From Pelagomonas calceolata (Eukaryota): 64,000 bases of DNA. The position numbers were made by a program, and so were the translations under genes. The stretch lies in assembly GCA_918797485.1 (NCBI GenBank), contig CAKKNE010000004.1, forward strand, positions 310,001 to 374,000, written 5' to 3'. Of this stretch, positions 21,444 to 31,223 are shown piece after piece (the first letter of the stretch is position 1; each line of letters opens with the position of its first letter). The notes beneath the pieces were generated by a model. That model ran no database searches, was not told the DNA's origin, and saw only the letters and a program-made list of their open reading frames with translations.

Positions 21444-22189
21444 CTAGCACGGTCAGCCGCCCTTGTCCTCGCCGTACTTGCCGCGGAACGTGTTGATGTC
21501 CTTGCCGCCCTTCTGGACGCCCTCCGTCGTCGTCCAGTTCTCGTCGTGCTTGCGCGCCTGTGTGTAAATCAAATTTCAGGCGCCCCACATTTTATAGCTT
21601 CATCTGCTCCATGGCAAAACACAACTCACTGGTTGATTTCCACACAGGCCCACACGTGGTTGTCCTTCTTGATCTTCTCGAGCGTCTCGAGCCGCTGCCT
21701 TTTCGACTCCTCCTTCTCGCGCGCGGCCTTCTGCTCGGCGTCGCGGCGCGCCTGCTGCTTGAGCGTGAGGGGACCGTCGTTCGACTCCTTGACCACGACC
21801 TTGGGCGTGCCGTCGGCGTTGAGCTGCGGCGACGAGCGGAGAGGCGGGGGCGCAAGCGCCCGCGCGACGGCCGCGGCCGCGCCGGCGGGCGGCGCGCCGC
21901 TAGCGACGAGGCGGCTGCCCTGCGTCTCGAAGCCGACGGTCGCTAGCAAAGTCATGGCCGCCGGCTCGGAGACCAGCTTCGCGCCGGCCTTGCCCTCTAA
22001 GTTAATCGAGCGGAACTTTTCGTTCGTCGGGTCGCGCTCGAGATTTTGCACGATCTTGACCAACAGAGGCGCGGCGGCGGACGTCTTCGGGACCTGAGCC
22101 GCCACGGAGGCGACGACGGAGGAGTTGACGGTGCTGGCGGCGTCCATAGAGGCCGGGGCGCCGTTGCCGCCCAATATTAACACACTCAT
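21444..22189 (-). CDS. PUB-domain (p97/Cdc48-interacting) protein, candidate selenoprotein ending KGG-U-P-C; exons 22189-21656, 21557-21444 (ends at 21453 if the UGA is a stop)
   Basis: PUB motif LLVKIVQNLERDPTNEKFRSINL...LLATVGF; the spliced last exon reads ARKHDENW...INTFRGKYGEDKGG TGA CCG TGC TAG. Confidence 0.8.
21558..21655 (-). mobile_element. Introner element
   Basis: TIRs CTGTGTGGAAATCAA / TTGATTTACACACAG; GT 8 nt before the TIR; phase 0 splice DNH|ARK. Confidence 0.9.
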
Positions 22190-22574
22190 TTTTGCCGACG
22201 AGCTAAAAAAGTGCTGTGCTGTGACTTGAGCCTATGAGCCCCAAAAGATGCCGCGGCGGCGCGTGGACGGTAGAACAAGTACTACTGAACGATTTCCCCA
22301 GCGCGCTGCGTCCCTGACGTGCAGGCGGCCTCGCTTGCGGCGCGTCAAGACACGTTCGTCCGAGTCGAGGTCGTTGCCTTGGGGCTAGTATGTCGACGAC
22401 GCTAGCCTGGAAGGTTCGTTCTCATGGCTCCACCCGCTCATGCCCGCGCAAGAACTCGTCGCCGACCACCACTCTAGCAACAAACCCCCTAAAAAGCTTT
22501 AAATCAGGTGGGAGTTCGCAGCCATCTCAAAAAAGGGCAGCATCGATCGACGCCGGGGCAGCCACTGCACAAAA

Positions 22575-24242
22575 ATGTCCCTCTTCGAGACGACGCAACG
22601 CTTAGAACAGCTGCCCGTGCCTAGGGATGACGCCCACCAGCAGGTGGTCCCTGGGCGGTCCAACCCTTACAGCAGACCGGAGTTCTCCAGAGGTTTTGAT
22701 TATTCGAAGTGGGACAACATCGACACGGACGATGATGAAGAAGAAAAGCCGCTCTCACCAGCGAAGCGCGAGGCGCCGGTGCCGACGCGCGCCGCGCCGC
22801 CCGCGCAGCGCTTCGAGACCCTCGAGGACGCCATCGTGAGGGCGCGCGCGGCCGACGGCTGGGGCCGCGACGGCGTCAAGGAGGTGGCCGACGCCCTGAA
22901 CTTGCCGGCGGATGACCCGGCCCGTTCTTCTGTCGAGGCGCTGCAGACGTCGCTAGCCCAGGCCGGTGCGCTCGAGCAGGCGGCGGCTCTGCCGTTTGTG
23001 GTCGGCTGCGAGCCGGATCCGAGGTCCGTGGAGAAGGTCAAGGAAGCTTATCAGAGAAGGAAGGCCACGCCGATGGCCGGAGAAGTCGGGGCGAGGTCCG
23101 CCGCGGAGACGGTCGCGCGCTCCGAAGCCCGCAAGATCGCGAAGATCGCCCGATGTCTCCTAAGGGAGCCCGACGGCGCATCACGGCTCCTCGCGACGGG
23201 CGCCGTGCCTTCCGGCGTGCGCGGTCTCGGGAAGCTGCGCAACGCGCCCGAGCTCCAATTAGCGACGGCCGCCGTGAACGCCATGGAGAAGAAGGCCGCC
23301 GAGCGGTTGGTGCGGGCGGCCGTCGACGGTCCCACTTCTCATAGGGAGGAGTTCCTGCGGCACACGCCGTTCCAGACGGAACTGTCGCGAACCGCGTTCA
23401 AGGCGAGCAAGGGGAAAACTGCATTAAATGAACTCCGGTCCAAGGGCTACTGCGTGTTGAATGATGCGGTCTCCCACGAGGACTGCTACGCCATCCATAA
23501 TTTTTACACGAGGCCGAAGCCCGCAACTGACTTGCCGATCGAGCTCGGCCTGCAGTCCGTGCGGGCCCTGTCTCCGTCATTGTTCAGAAACTATAAGGAG
23601 CTGCAGCCCGACCCCGAGACGCAGATGGCGTTGCGGGCCGCGATCCAAGCTTTGGTGGGATGTGCTCATGAATTGGAACAGCGAGCACCCGAATTAAGGG
23701 ACGGCCTCGCATTACCTGCTTATTGTAACATACGAAGCCAGCGCCCGGAACAGATCATGGCGAGGGAACCGCTGTGGCGCGACGACGACCCCGCGGACGA
23801 CGCGGAGTTGGTGGCGTTTGTCTTCGCGAATGCTCGGGACTGGGATGATGACCTTGACGGGGGTACACTTATTGTAAGGGACGACCACGACGTGGCCCAC
23901 TACCTGCCGGCGACGGGCGGGTCGGTGGTCCTGGTGCTGGCGCGGTGCCGCGACGTCGAGTTCAAAGCTCCCAAGAAGCGGCACAGCGTGGTCCTGCGAT
24001 GCCGCTACGACCGACGACGGGCCGACGTCGACGTCGAGGACGAAGATTCGGAGTCGGACGAGGAGGCGGGGTCCGCCGAGTCGCGCGCGGCGTCCTTGGC
24101 CGCGAAGCTCCGGGCCCGCGCGACGGCGGGCGGGGAAAGCGGAGGCACGTGGGGCCCTAATGGCTTCGAGCCCGACGGCCGGGCCGTGGATCCCTCGAGC
24201 GTGGGGTTCACCGGCGACGAGCGCGAGGTGGACCTCGTGTAA
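22575..24242 (+). CDS. Protein with a Cdc37-N-like DYSKWD motif and a degenerate 2OG-Fe(II) oxygenase-like domain
   Basis: FDYSKWDNIDTDDD; LRSKGYCVLND and DWDDDLDGGTLIV resemble the EGLN/P4H fold, but no HxD motif. Confidence 0.6.
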   Translation: MSLFETTQRLEQLPVPRDDAHQQVVPGRSNPYSRPEFSRGFDYSKWDNIDTDDDEEEKPLSPAKREAPVPTRAAPPAQRFETLEDAIVRARAADGWGRDGVKEVADALNLPADDPARSSVEALQTSLAQAGALEQAAALPFVVGCEPDPRSVEKVKEAYQRRKATPMAGEVGARSAAETVARSEARKIAKIARCLLREPDGASRLLATGAVPSGVRGLGKLRNAPELQLATAAVNAMEKKAAERLVRAAVDGPTSHREEFLRHTPFQTELSRTAFKASKGKTALNELRSKGYCVLNDAVSHEDCYAIHNFYTRPKPATDLPIELGLQSVRALSPSLFRNYKELQPDPETQMALRAAIQALVGCAHELEQRAPELRDGLALPAYCNIRSQRPEQIMAREPLWRDDDPADDAELVAFVFANARDWDDDLDGGTLIVRDDHDVAHYLPATGGSVVLVLARCRDVEFKAPKKRHSVVLRCRYDRRRADVDVEDEDSESDEEAGSAESRAASLAAKLRARATAGGESGGTWGPNGFEPDGRAVDPSSVGFTGDEREVDLV

Positions 24243-24318
24243 GTACCGGTGTATCACTACGAAATTTAACTAATCCTTGGCGCCATCGGCGCACTTATCG
24301 GCGCGGCTCCGGAGGTGG

Positions 24319-27300
24319 TTACTTCTGATGCTCCTCGAGGAGCGCGACGATGGACGAGTGGCCTTTCTTCCGCGCGATGCCCAGTGGCGTTGTGCCCTTT
24401 TTGGTCACACAACTGGCATCCGCGCCTTTGTCCAGTAACAGCCGCGCCGCGTCGATGTGGCCGTTTTGGCAGGCGATGATCAGCGGCGTCCAGCCGTTCT
24501 CCGTCGCCCGGTCGACCTCCGCGCCTTTATCTAACAACAGCCGCGCCGCGTCGACGTGGCCCTTCTGGCAGGCGATATACAGCGGCGTCTCGCCGTCCTT
24601 ATTCGCCCGATCGACCTCCGCGCCGTTGTCCAGCAGCAGCCGCGCCGCGTCGACGCGGCCCCACTGACAGGCAATGTACAGCGGCGTCCGACCGTCCTCC
24701 GCCGGACGATCGACCTCCGCGCCCTTGTCCAGCAACAGCCGCACCGCGTCAACGTGGCCGTTCTGGCAAGCGACGAGCAGCGGCGTCGTACCATTCTCTG
24801 TCGCCCGATCGACCTCCGCGCCGTTGTCCAGCAGCATCCGCACCGCGTCGACGTGGCCCTGATGGCAGGCGATCAACAGCGGCGTGACACCCCCCTCATT
24901 TGCCCGATCGACCTCCGCGCCCTTGTCCAGCAACAGCCGCACCGCGTCAACGTGGCCGTTCAAGCAGGCGATGTACAGAGGCGTCGCGCCGTCCTTGTTC
25001 GCCCGGTCGACCTCCGCGCCTTTGTCCAGCAACATTTTCGCCAATTCGACGTGGCCGTTCGAGCAGGCGACGTATAGCGAAGTTGCGCCGTCATCCTTCG
25101 TCTGGTCGATCGCTGCGCCGTCGTCGAGGAGCCTCATCATTTCATCGACGTCGCCTGCCTTGGCGGTGGCGTGCAGAGGGTAAAGCTGCTCCTCGAGGAG
25201 CGCGACGATGGACGAGTGGCCTTTGCTTTTTGCGATGGACAGTGGCGTGTTCCCATTCTTCGTTGCCCGATTGACCTCCGCGCCTTTCTCCAGCAGCAGC
25301 CGCGCCGCGTCGATGTGGCCCTCCTGGCAGGCGACGAACAGCAGCGTTGTGCCGTCCCCCTCGTCCGCCCAGTCGACCTCCGCGCCGTTGTCCAGCAGCA
25401 GCCGCGCCGCGTCGATGTGGCCATAGTCGCAGGCGATGCATAGCGGCGTCCTGCCGTAATGGTCTGTCCGGTCGACCTCCGCGCCTTTATCCAGGAACAT
25501 CCGTGCCGCGTCGACGCGATCGTGCTCACACGCAATATGCAGAATCGTACGATCAATTTCGTTTGCACAATTCGGATCAGCGCCATGTTCCAGCAACAGC
25601 CGCGCCGCGTCGAAGCGCTCGTTTTCACACGCATCATACAGAATCGAACCACCCTCCCAATCTGGATCACCCTCTTCGTTCGTCCAATTTTGATCGGCGC
25701 CGTGCTCGAGACATAACTGCATCGCGTCGAGATTCCGGTTCCGATAAGCGAACAAAAACGGCGTCGTACAATCCAAGCACAAATCGACAGCTGCACCTCG
25801 CTCCACCAATAGCGTCGCGACGTCGAGGTGTCCGCGAGCACACGCAATCCCAAACGGCGACCAATCACCCTCACGCCTCTTATCGACCGCGGCACCCGCA
25901 TCGAGCAGCAAGCGCGCGGCGTCGACGTGCCCTTTCAAACTCGCTACAAACAGCGGCGTATAGTCGTCATCATCTTCCTGATCGACGTTATCACCCTGCT
26001 GAAGAAGAGCGCGCATCGCCTCAATGCCGCCTTGATAGCATGCGAGCGTGAGTGGCGTCGTGCCGCTCTCGACGCGCAATTCCCCCCACCGCTTCCCAAA
26101 AGAGACAAAGAATCCGCTCATGTCGCTCCTGACAGCCAAGGTCTTAATCTCATCATCAAAAGGAATCACCCGCAGCGCCGCACCGCCCTTGCTCGCGTCC
26201 CACACCTGCAAAGTCTTGTCCTTCGACCCGCTCACGAGCCGCATCTCGCCCGTCGCCGGATCCGCGAAGGCCGTCAGCGCGTTCACGTCATAATTCGTGT
26301 GTCCCTTGAGCACGAACAGCGGCGAGGCAACCCTGGTCTCGTCTTCGTCCGAGGCCTCCTCGTCCTCGTCCTCCTCAGCGGCATCGGACTCCTCGGCCGC
26401 GCCGCCCGCGGCTAAGTCCCAGATCCGCACGAAACCGTCCCTATCTCCGCTCGCGAGGCAAAGTCCGCCCGTCGCCGAGTCTTTGAAAACAGTCAAAGCC
26501 AGCACCCAGTCCGTATATGCGCAGTCAAGTACGGCCAATGCCCAGCCGCCCGCAACCGGGTCGTATATGCGCACCTCTCTGCTACAACCACAAGCAATTC
26601 GCAGCGCACCCGTCGCCGGGTCCGCGAAGGTCGCCAGCGCCGTCACGGAGCCAACGTCGATCACGACCAGCGCTTCCCCACCAGCGACCGGGTCAAAGAC
26701 GCCCACCTTCTCGTCATAACAATCACAAACGAGCCGCGGCGCGCCCGTCGCAGGATCCGTGAAGACTTCCAGCGCGCCAGCGCGCACGTCGATCACGACC
26801 AGCGCCTCGCCTCCCGCGACCGCGTCGAAGACAAGCACCTTTCCCGACGCGCATGCAAGCCGCGGCGCGCCAGTCGCCGGGTCCGTGAAGAACGCCAGCG
26901 CAGAAGCCCCCTCTTTAATCACGAGCAACACATCGCCAGTCTCCGTGTCCCACACGCGAATATCATTCGACCCGGTCGCGACCCGCAGCGCGCCCGTCGC
27001 CGGATCCACAAAGGTCACCAGGGCGCTCACGTCGTCAGAGTGCCCCTCGGGCTCCGCCTCGATCGCCGCGCCGCTCGCCGCCGGGTTCCAGACTTGGAGG
27101 GCAGAATACGAGTACCTGCTCACGATCCGCGGCTCGCCCGTCGCCGGGTCCGTGAAGGCTGCCAAGGAATTCACCCAGTGATATTGCCCCTCAAGCACGA
27201 CCAGCGCCTCGCCGCCCGCGACGGGGTCGAAGACGCGCACCTTTTTGTCGTCTGCACAGCTCGCGAGCCGCGGAGCGCCCGTCGCCAGGTCCTTGAATGC

Positions 27301-30300
27301 GACCAGCGCATTCACCACTTCGTCGCCTGCGTCGCACTCGAGCAGCGCATCGCCGCCAGAAACCGCGTCAAAGATAGACACCCCCCTCCAAGAACCACAC
27401 GCGAGCCTCGGCGCGCCCGTCGCTGGTTCCTTGAAAATCACCAGCGCACTCACTCTACCGCCCACGAACAGCGCAGAACTAATATCTAGCACGAACAGCG
27501 CGTCGCCGCCCACGACCGGGTCGAAGACAAACACCTTATTTCCCGACGCGCACGCAAGCCGCAGCGCTTCGTTGTCCTCGGCATGCGAGTTCTCGTCGTC
27601 GTCGTCCTCGTCGTCGCCGTTGTCTTCGTACTCCTCCTCTTCCTCTTCGCACTCCTCCTCTTCCTCTTCGCATTCCTCCTCTTCCTCTTCGCACTCCTCC
27701 TCTTCCTCTTCCTCTTCCGCGGTCGGGGCCGCGAAGACCACCAGCACGTTAGCGTCCACGTCGATCACGACCAGCGCCTCGCCACCAGCGACCGGGTCGA
27801 AGACAAGCACCTTCCCAGCAACTTCATCACCGTCCTCATCAAGCCCCCCCGTGCCGCACGCGAGCCGCGGCGCGCCCGTCGCCGGATCCTCAAATACGAC
27901 CAGCGCTTTCACCTCACCACCCACATCGATCACGAGCAGTGCCTCGCCGCCGGCGACCGGGTCGAAGACGCGCACTTTTCCGTCCTCACATCCACAAGCC
28001 AGACGCAACTCGCCCGTCGCCGGGTCTTTGAAGACCGCCAGCGCGTAGACCTCGTCGCCGGCATCAATCACGACCAACGCCGCGCCACCCGCAACCGGAT
28101 CATAGATGCACACCTCGCTTCTAGACTCACAAGCAACCCGCGGCTCGCCCGTCGCCGGATCCACGAACATCGCCAAGCTCCTAACATCAGATCCGACCTC
28201 GATCCGACACCGCTCCGCCCCACCCGCCGCGGTCAGGCCCATCGGCCACACGGTCGAGAGCGGCAGCTTGCTCGCAGCACGCTTTGCGTCCTCGGCCAGG
28301 CGTTGTGCAGCTGGAGACGACTCCGCATCGGCGCGCGGCATCAGCCGCTGCCACAACTGCTCTATGAGAGGCACTCCCCGTGATAGCAGGTTCCGCGACA
28401 ACACCAAGGAGTCGGTCAGCAGCAGTGTATCCTGGCCCTTCAGAGCACGCAAGTCCGCCACGAAGGAAACGATGTCGCCAGCGCTCCGCTTCCGCACGTA
28501 CGACAGACTGCAGGCGATCGCGACGGCCTCGCTCTCGTTATTCGACCGCTCCATGTGAAACAAACACCACCGCAACGCATAAGCATCCGACGCCACGCCA
28601 CCGTCGCCCTCCACGAACGATGCGAGCACCTCATCTGCGGCCGCGTCGCTCGAATACGACTTTGTATCCAGAACACCAGCACGAATAGCTTGAGCACAAG
28701 CCCGCGCCATTCGCCGGTGCGCCGCGTCCCGCGAGACGAAGAACGCGTCCTCAGAAGAACGCTTATCGAACGGCGCCTCGCCGGTTAGCCAATCCGTTAC
28801 GGTCTTATGTAATACACCGATCACGTCGCCCTCGCGCAGCGGGAACAGCAGCGACACTTCCGCGCAGAGACGCTCGCAGCGATCCCGATCCCAGCCGAGC
28901 GCCCCGCTCGCAGCGTCAATCGTCAACGGCTCTGCAGCAACGCAGATTAATTCAATGAGCGGCAGCGCATCGCCCCACGCGTCATCATCGACAAACACGC
29001 GTCGAAAGTTCTCCGCGTAGATCTCGTCGAGGCCCGCCGGCAGCGCGCCGACGCTCGCAAAGTCGATCTTGCCCGTCGTGGACGCGAGCTGCTCGGCAAT
29101 CAGGCGCGCGTAGAGCATCAGTCCTCCGGCCTTTCGTTCGAGCGAGGTTACAGCCGCGTCGAGCGCCGACGAGTTGAGGCGCTCGGCGATGAACGTCTCA
29201 AGCTCAGTCGCCTTGACGCTCGTGCCCTCGCACATCTTCGGTAGCGCCAGTCTAATGACTTCGTACTGCTCGTGGGCAATGTGCTTCGCGTCCAGGACGC
29301 TCTTTAAATGCAGCTGGACCTCGGCGAGATGTTTTCGGCCGTCGTCGAGGCGCACGCTGACGTTCAAATTCATGTCGCGGTAGCCGAGGGGCGTCGGGCT
29401 CGCGAACTTGTTTTTTAATTGCGCGATCTCCAGCCCGAGGCCGCCGCCGTCCAATTCAGTCAACACCTTAAGTAGGTCAGTAGCGCTCTCGAACACGACC
29501 GTCGCACGGGCTAGATCCCGGAATTTCTCGGGATGTGGCACACCATTGTCGGTGTATTTGTCCGCGAGCTTGCGCTCCGCAGATTCACGCCCTTTGACGC
29601 CTGGGTCCGCCACGTCGCCCGGCAGCGTCTTCAGCGCGTCGACCAAAATTGTCTGCGCCAGTGATGCGTCGGCATAGAGCTTGTCGAAGTCAGTCTCATC
29701 TTGTATCAAGTCGAGACGTCGCTCTTCATACTTCTCGAGCTCGCGGATCCCAGGAACGCCGCGGACCGCCTCGTCGTACGCGCCCTTTGACCGGCGCAGC
29801 GGATCCTCAAGATCCGCGAACGTGTCGAGATTCTTCAAGCCCGGGAACTTCGCCTCAACCTCGTGCCGCAGCGAGTCCATGGTTACCTCGAGCTCGACGT
29901 GCTCCTTCGCGAGCACCGTCAGGTACGCGCGAACGTCCTGCCGGTTCCGCGCCTCGTCGACGCGCAGCTCCGACGGCGTAAAGCACGAGAGCCTCGCTTT
30001 AATTTGAGCTTCGTCGCGGCTTGTCACGACAAGTTTGATCCACGGCGGCAGCGTCTTGAGCTCGTTCGCGAGCAGAGAGAGCACGGGCTGCAAAGCGTCG
30101 CGCGGTAGCTCATCGAGCGCGTCGACAATTAATACGAGAGCGTCGTCCGCGCCGCGCGGCGCCTCGACGTTTTGCAGCGGTTTTGCTACTAAAGCCTCGA
30201 AGAGCTCGTCGACCTTGTCCGTCGCGTTGTCGCTGCCGCCGCCCTCGCGCAGGGCGTCTTCGAAACCCTCGACCGTTGCGCAAAGCATGCCGGCTAGCGA

Positions 30301-30945
30301 CCGCAGCAGCGCCATTGGCGCGGACCGCGCCGGCTCGGTGTGCTTGCAGAAGTGCCACGCCGCGACGTTTTCTTTGTCGAGCAGTCGCGCCAACAACTCG
30401 GCCGCCGCGACACTCTTGCCCGTGCCACCACCGCCGACGAGCCAGAAGAGCTTCGCCGCTTCCGGGTCCGTGCGCCAGCGCATGACCGCCTCGAAGACCC
30501 ATTCGCGCGTCCCAGTTAGGTGCTGCCCGCGTTTCTCGGCAATTATGGCCGAAAGATCCAGCGCCTCCGCCACGCCGGAGCGGTCGACGCCGTGGAGCTT
30601 TTTGTAGAGCTGCTCCGAAATGCCTGCCCTTTGAGCACGCTCGACGGCCGCCGCCCGCGCCTTCGCGTGCGCGATCCAGCCCACCTTCGCGACGCCCTTC
30701 TTCCAGCGCGCTATCGCGGTGGCGGACTTCTTCTTCCTCTCGTCCGGCGGCCCCGCGCCCTTGCTCGCCGGGCCGTCCGCATTTGCCTTGGCCTCCGTCC
30801 AGCACCGCACCGCATCGTCCCTGGAGATCTTGGCCTCGGCGTCCGCGAATTTCTCCTCCCACGCGGGCTGCCACTCGGTGCCCGCCAGCTCTTTTGCCTC
30901 GGCAAGTGAGACCTCCGCCGGGAGAGATGATACACCGCCGCCCAT
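24319..30945 (-). CDS. NLR-like STAND protein: myristoylation motif, NACHT with inserted RelA/SpoT-like NTase, WD40 array, ankyrin arrays (2208 aa)
   Basis: MGGGVS; GTREWVF, Walker A GGGGTGKS, HFC, Walker B LIVDALDE, VVTSR, AGGLMLYA, LPAGLDEIY, LHKTVTDWL; FxDPATGxxR WD40-like repeats; TPLYIAC..GH ankyrins. Confidence 0.9.
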   Translation of the reverse strand: MGGGVSSLPAEVSLAEAKELAGTEWQPAWEEKFADAEAKISRDDAVRCWTEAKANADGPASKGAGPPDERKKKSATAIARWKKGVAKVGWIAHAKARAAAVERAQRAGISEQLYKKLHGVDRSGVAEALDLSAIIAEKRGQHLTGTREWVFEAVMRWRTDPEAAKLFWLVGGGGTGKSVAAAELLARLLDKENVAAWHFCKHTEPARSAPMALLRSLAGMLCATVEGFEDALREGGGSDNATDKVDELFEALVAKPLQNVEAPRGADDALVLIVDALDELPRDALQPVLSLLANELKTLPPWIKLVVTSRDEAQIKARLSCFTPSELRVDEARNRQDVRAYLTVLAKEHVELEVTMDSLRHEVEAKFPGLKNLDTFADLEDPLRRSKGAYDEAVRGVPGIRELEKYEERRLDLIQDETDFDKLYADASLAQTILVDALKTLPGDVADPGVKGRESAERKLADKYTDNGVPHPEKFRDLARATVVFESATDLLKVLTELDGGGLGLEIAQLKNKFASPTPLGYRDMNLNVSVRLDDGRKHLAEVQLHLKSVLDAKHIAHEQYEVIRLALPKMCEGTSVKATELETFIAERLNSSALDAAVTSLERKAGGLMLYARLIAEQLASTTGKIDFASVGALPAGLDEIYAENFRRVFVDDDAWGDALPLIELICVAAEPLTIDAASGALGWDRDRCERLCAEVSLLFPLREGDVIGVLHKTVTDWLTGEAPFDKRSSEDAFFVSRDAAHRRMARACAQAIRAGVLDTKSYSSDAAADEVLASFVEGDGGVASDAYALRWCLFHMERSNNESEAVAIACSLSYVRKRSAGDIVSFVADLRALKGQDTLLLTDSLVLSRNLLSRGVPLIEQLWQRLMPRADAESSPAAQRLAEDAKRAASKLPLSTVWPMGLTAAGGAERCRIEVGSDVRSLAMFVDPATGEPRVACESRSEVCIYDPVAGGAALVVIDAGDEVYALAVFKDPATGELRLACGCEDGKVRVFDPVAGGEALLVIDVGGEVKALVVFEDPATGAPRLACGTGGLDEDGDEVAGKVLVFDPVAGGEALVVIDVDANVLVVFAAPTAEEEEEEEECEEEEEECEEEEEECEEEEEEYEDNGDDEDDDDENSHAEDNEALRLACASGNKVFVFDPVVGGDALFVLDISSALFVGGRVSALVIFKEPATGAPRLACGSWRGVSIFDAVSGGDALLECDAGDEVVNALVAFKDLATGAPRLASCADDKKVRVFDPVAGGEALVVLEGQYHWVNSLAAFTDPATGEPRIVSRYSYSALQVWNPAASGAAIEAEPEGHSDDVSALVTFVDPATGALRVATGSNDIRVWDTETGDVLLVIKEGASALAFFTDPATGAPRLACASGKVLVFDAVAGGEALVVIDVRAGALEVFTDPATGAPRLVCDCYDEKVGVFDPVAGGEALVVIDVGSVTALATFADPATGALRIACGCSREVRIYDPVAGGWALAVLDCAYTDWVLALTVFKDSATGGLCLASGDRDGFVRIWDLAAGGAAEESDAAEEDEDEEASDEDETRVASPLFVLKGHTNYDVNALTAFADPATGEMRLVSGSKDKTLQVWDASKGGAALRVIPFDDEIKTLAVRSDMSGFFVSFGKRWGELRVESGTTPLTLACYQGGIEAMRALLQQGDNVDQEDDDDYTPLFVASLKGHVDAARLLLDAGAAVDKRREGDWSPFGIACARGHLDVATLLVERGAAVDLCLDCTTPFLFAYRNRNLDAMQLCLEHGADQNWTNEEGDPDWEGGSILYDACENERFDAARLLLEHGADPNCANEIDRTILHIACEHDRVDAARMFLDKGAEVDRTDHYGRTPLCIACDYGHIDAARLLLDNGAEVDWADEGDGTTLLFVACQEGHIDAARLLLEKGAEVNRATKNGNTPLSIAKSKGHSSIVALLEEQLYPLHATAKAGDVDEMMRLLDDGAAIDQTKDDGATSLYVACSNGHVELAKMLLDKGAEVDRANKDGATPLYIACLNGHVDAVRLLLDKGAEVDRANEGGVTPLLIACHQGHVDAVRMLLDNGAEVDRATENGTTPLLVACQNGHVDAVRLLLDKGAEVDRPAEDGRTPLYIACQWGRVDAARLLLDNGAEVDRANKDGETPLYIACQKGHVDAARLLLDKGAEVDRATENGWTPLIIACQNGHIDAARLLLDKGADASCVTKKGTTPLGIARKKGHSSIVALLEEHQK
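24329..26060 (-). repeat. Ankyrin-coding tandem array (99-nt units, high DNA identity)
   Basis: Recurrent TCGACCTCCGCGCC...CAGCCGC...GTGGCC at 99-nt spacing; 38-nt exact duplicate at 24329-24366 and 25187-25224. Confidence 0.9.
26100..28210 (-). repeat. WD40-like coding tandem array with conserved DNA units
   Basis: Repeated FxDPATGAPRLAC...VFDPVAGGEALVVID, DNA core CGCCCGTCGCCGG. Confidence 0.85.
27630..27710. repeat. 21-nt coding minisatellite, (EEEEEEC)n
   Basis: ACTCCTCCTCTTCCTCTTCGC, about 4 copies. Confidence 0.9.
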
Positions 30946-31223
30946 TTTCTTCCGCCTTCCCGGGGCTGCCCTACTGAGGCACAGAGATTGATACTCTCGT
31001 AATGTCGCGCCTCCTAGCGCCTGGACCCGCGCCTGGACCCGACCCCAGTGTCACCCCAATCTCCAATCCTAACCCGCACTGGAGGACCCAGAAGGAGATT
31101 CCTCCCGAGGGGCAGGGTTGGGCACGACGAAGCGTGCCTGGAAGAAACAGACAAAAAACCCGTTTTCGAGTTAAGAGCGCGCGGCGCGCGCGGGCCGCGA
31201 GACGCTGCCCGCACGGCTGCCCC

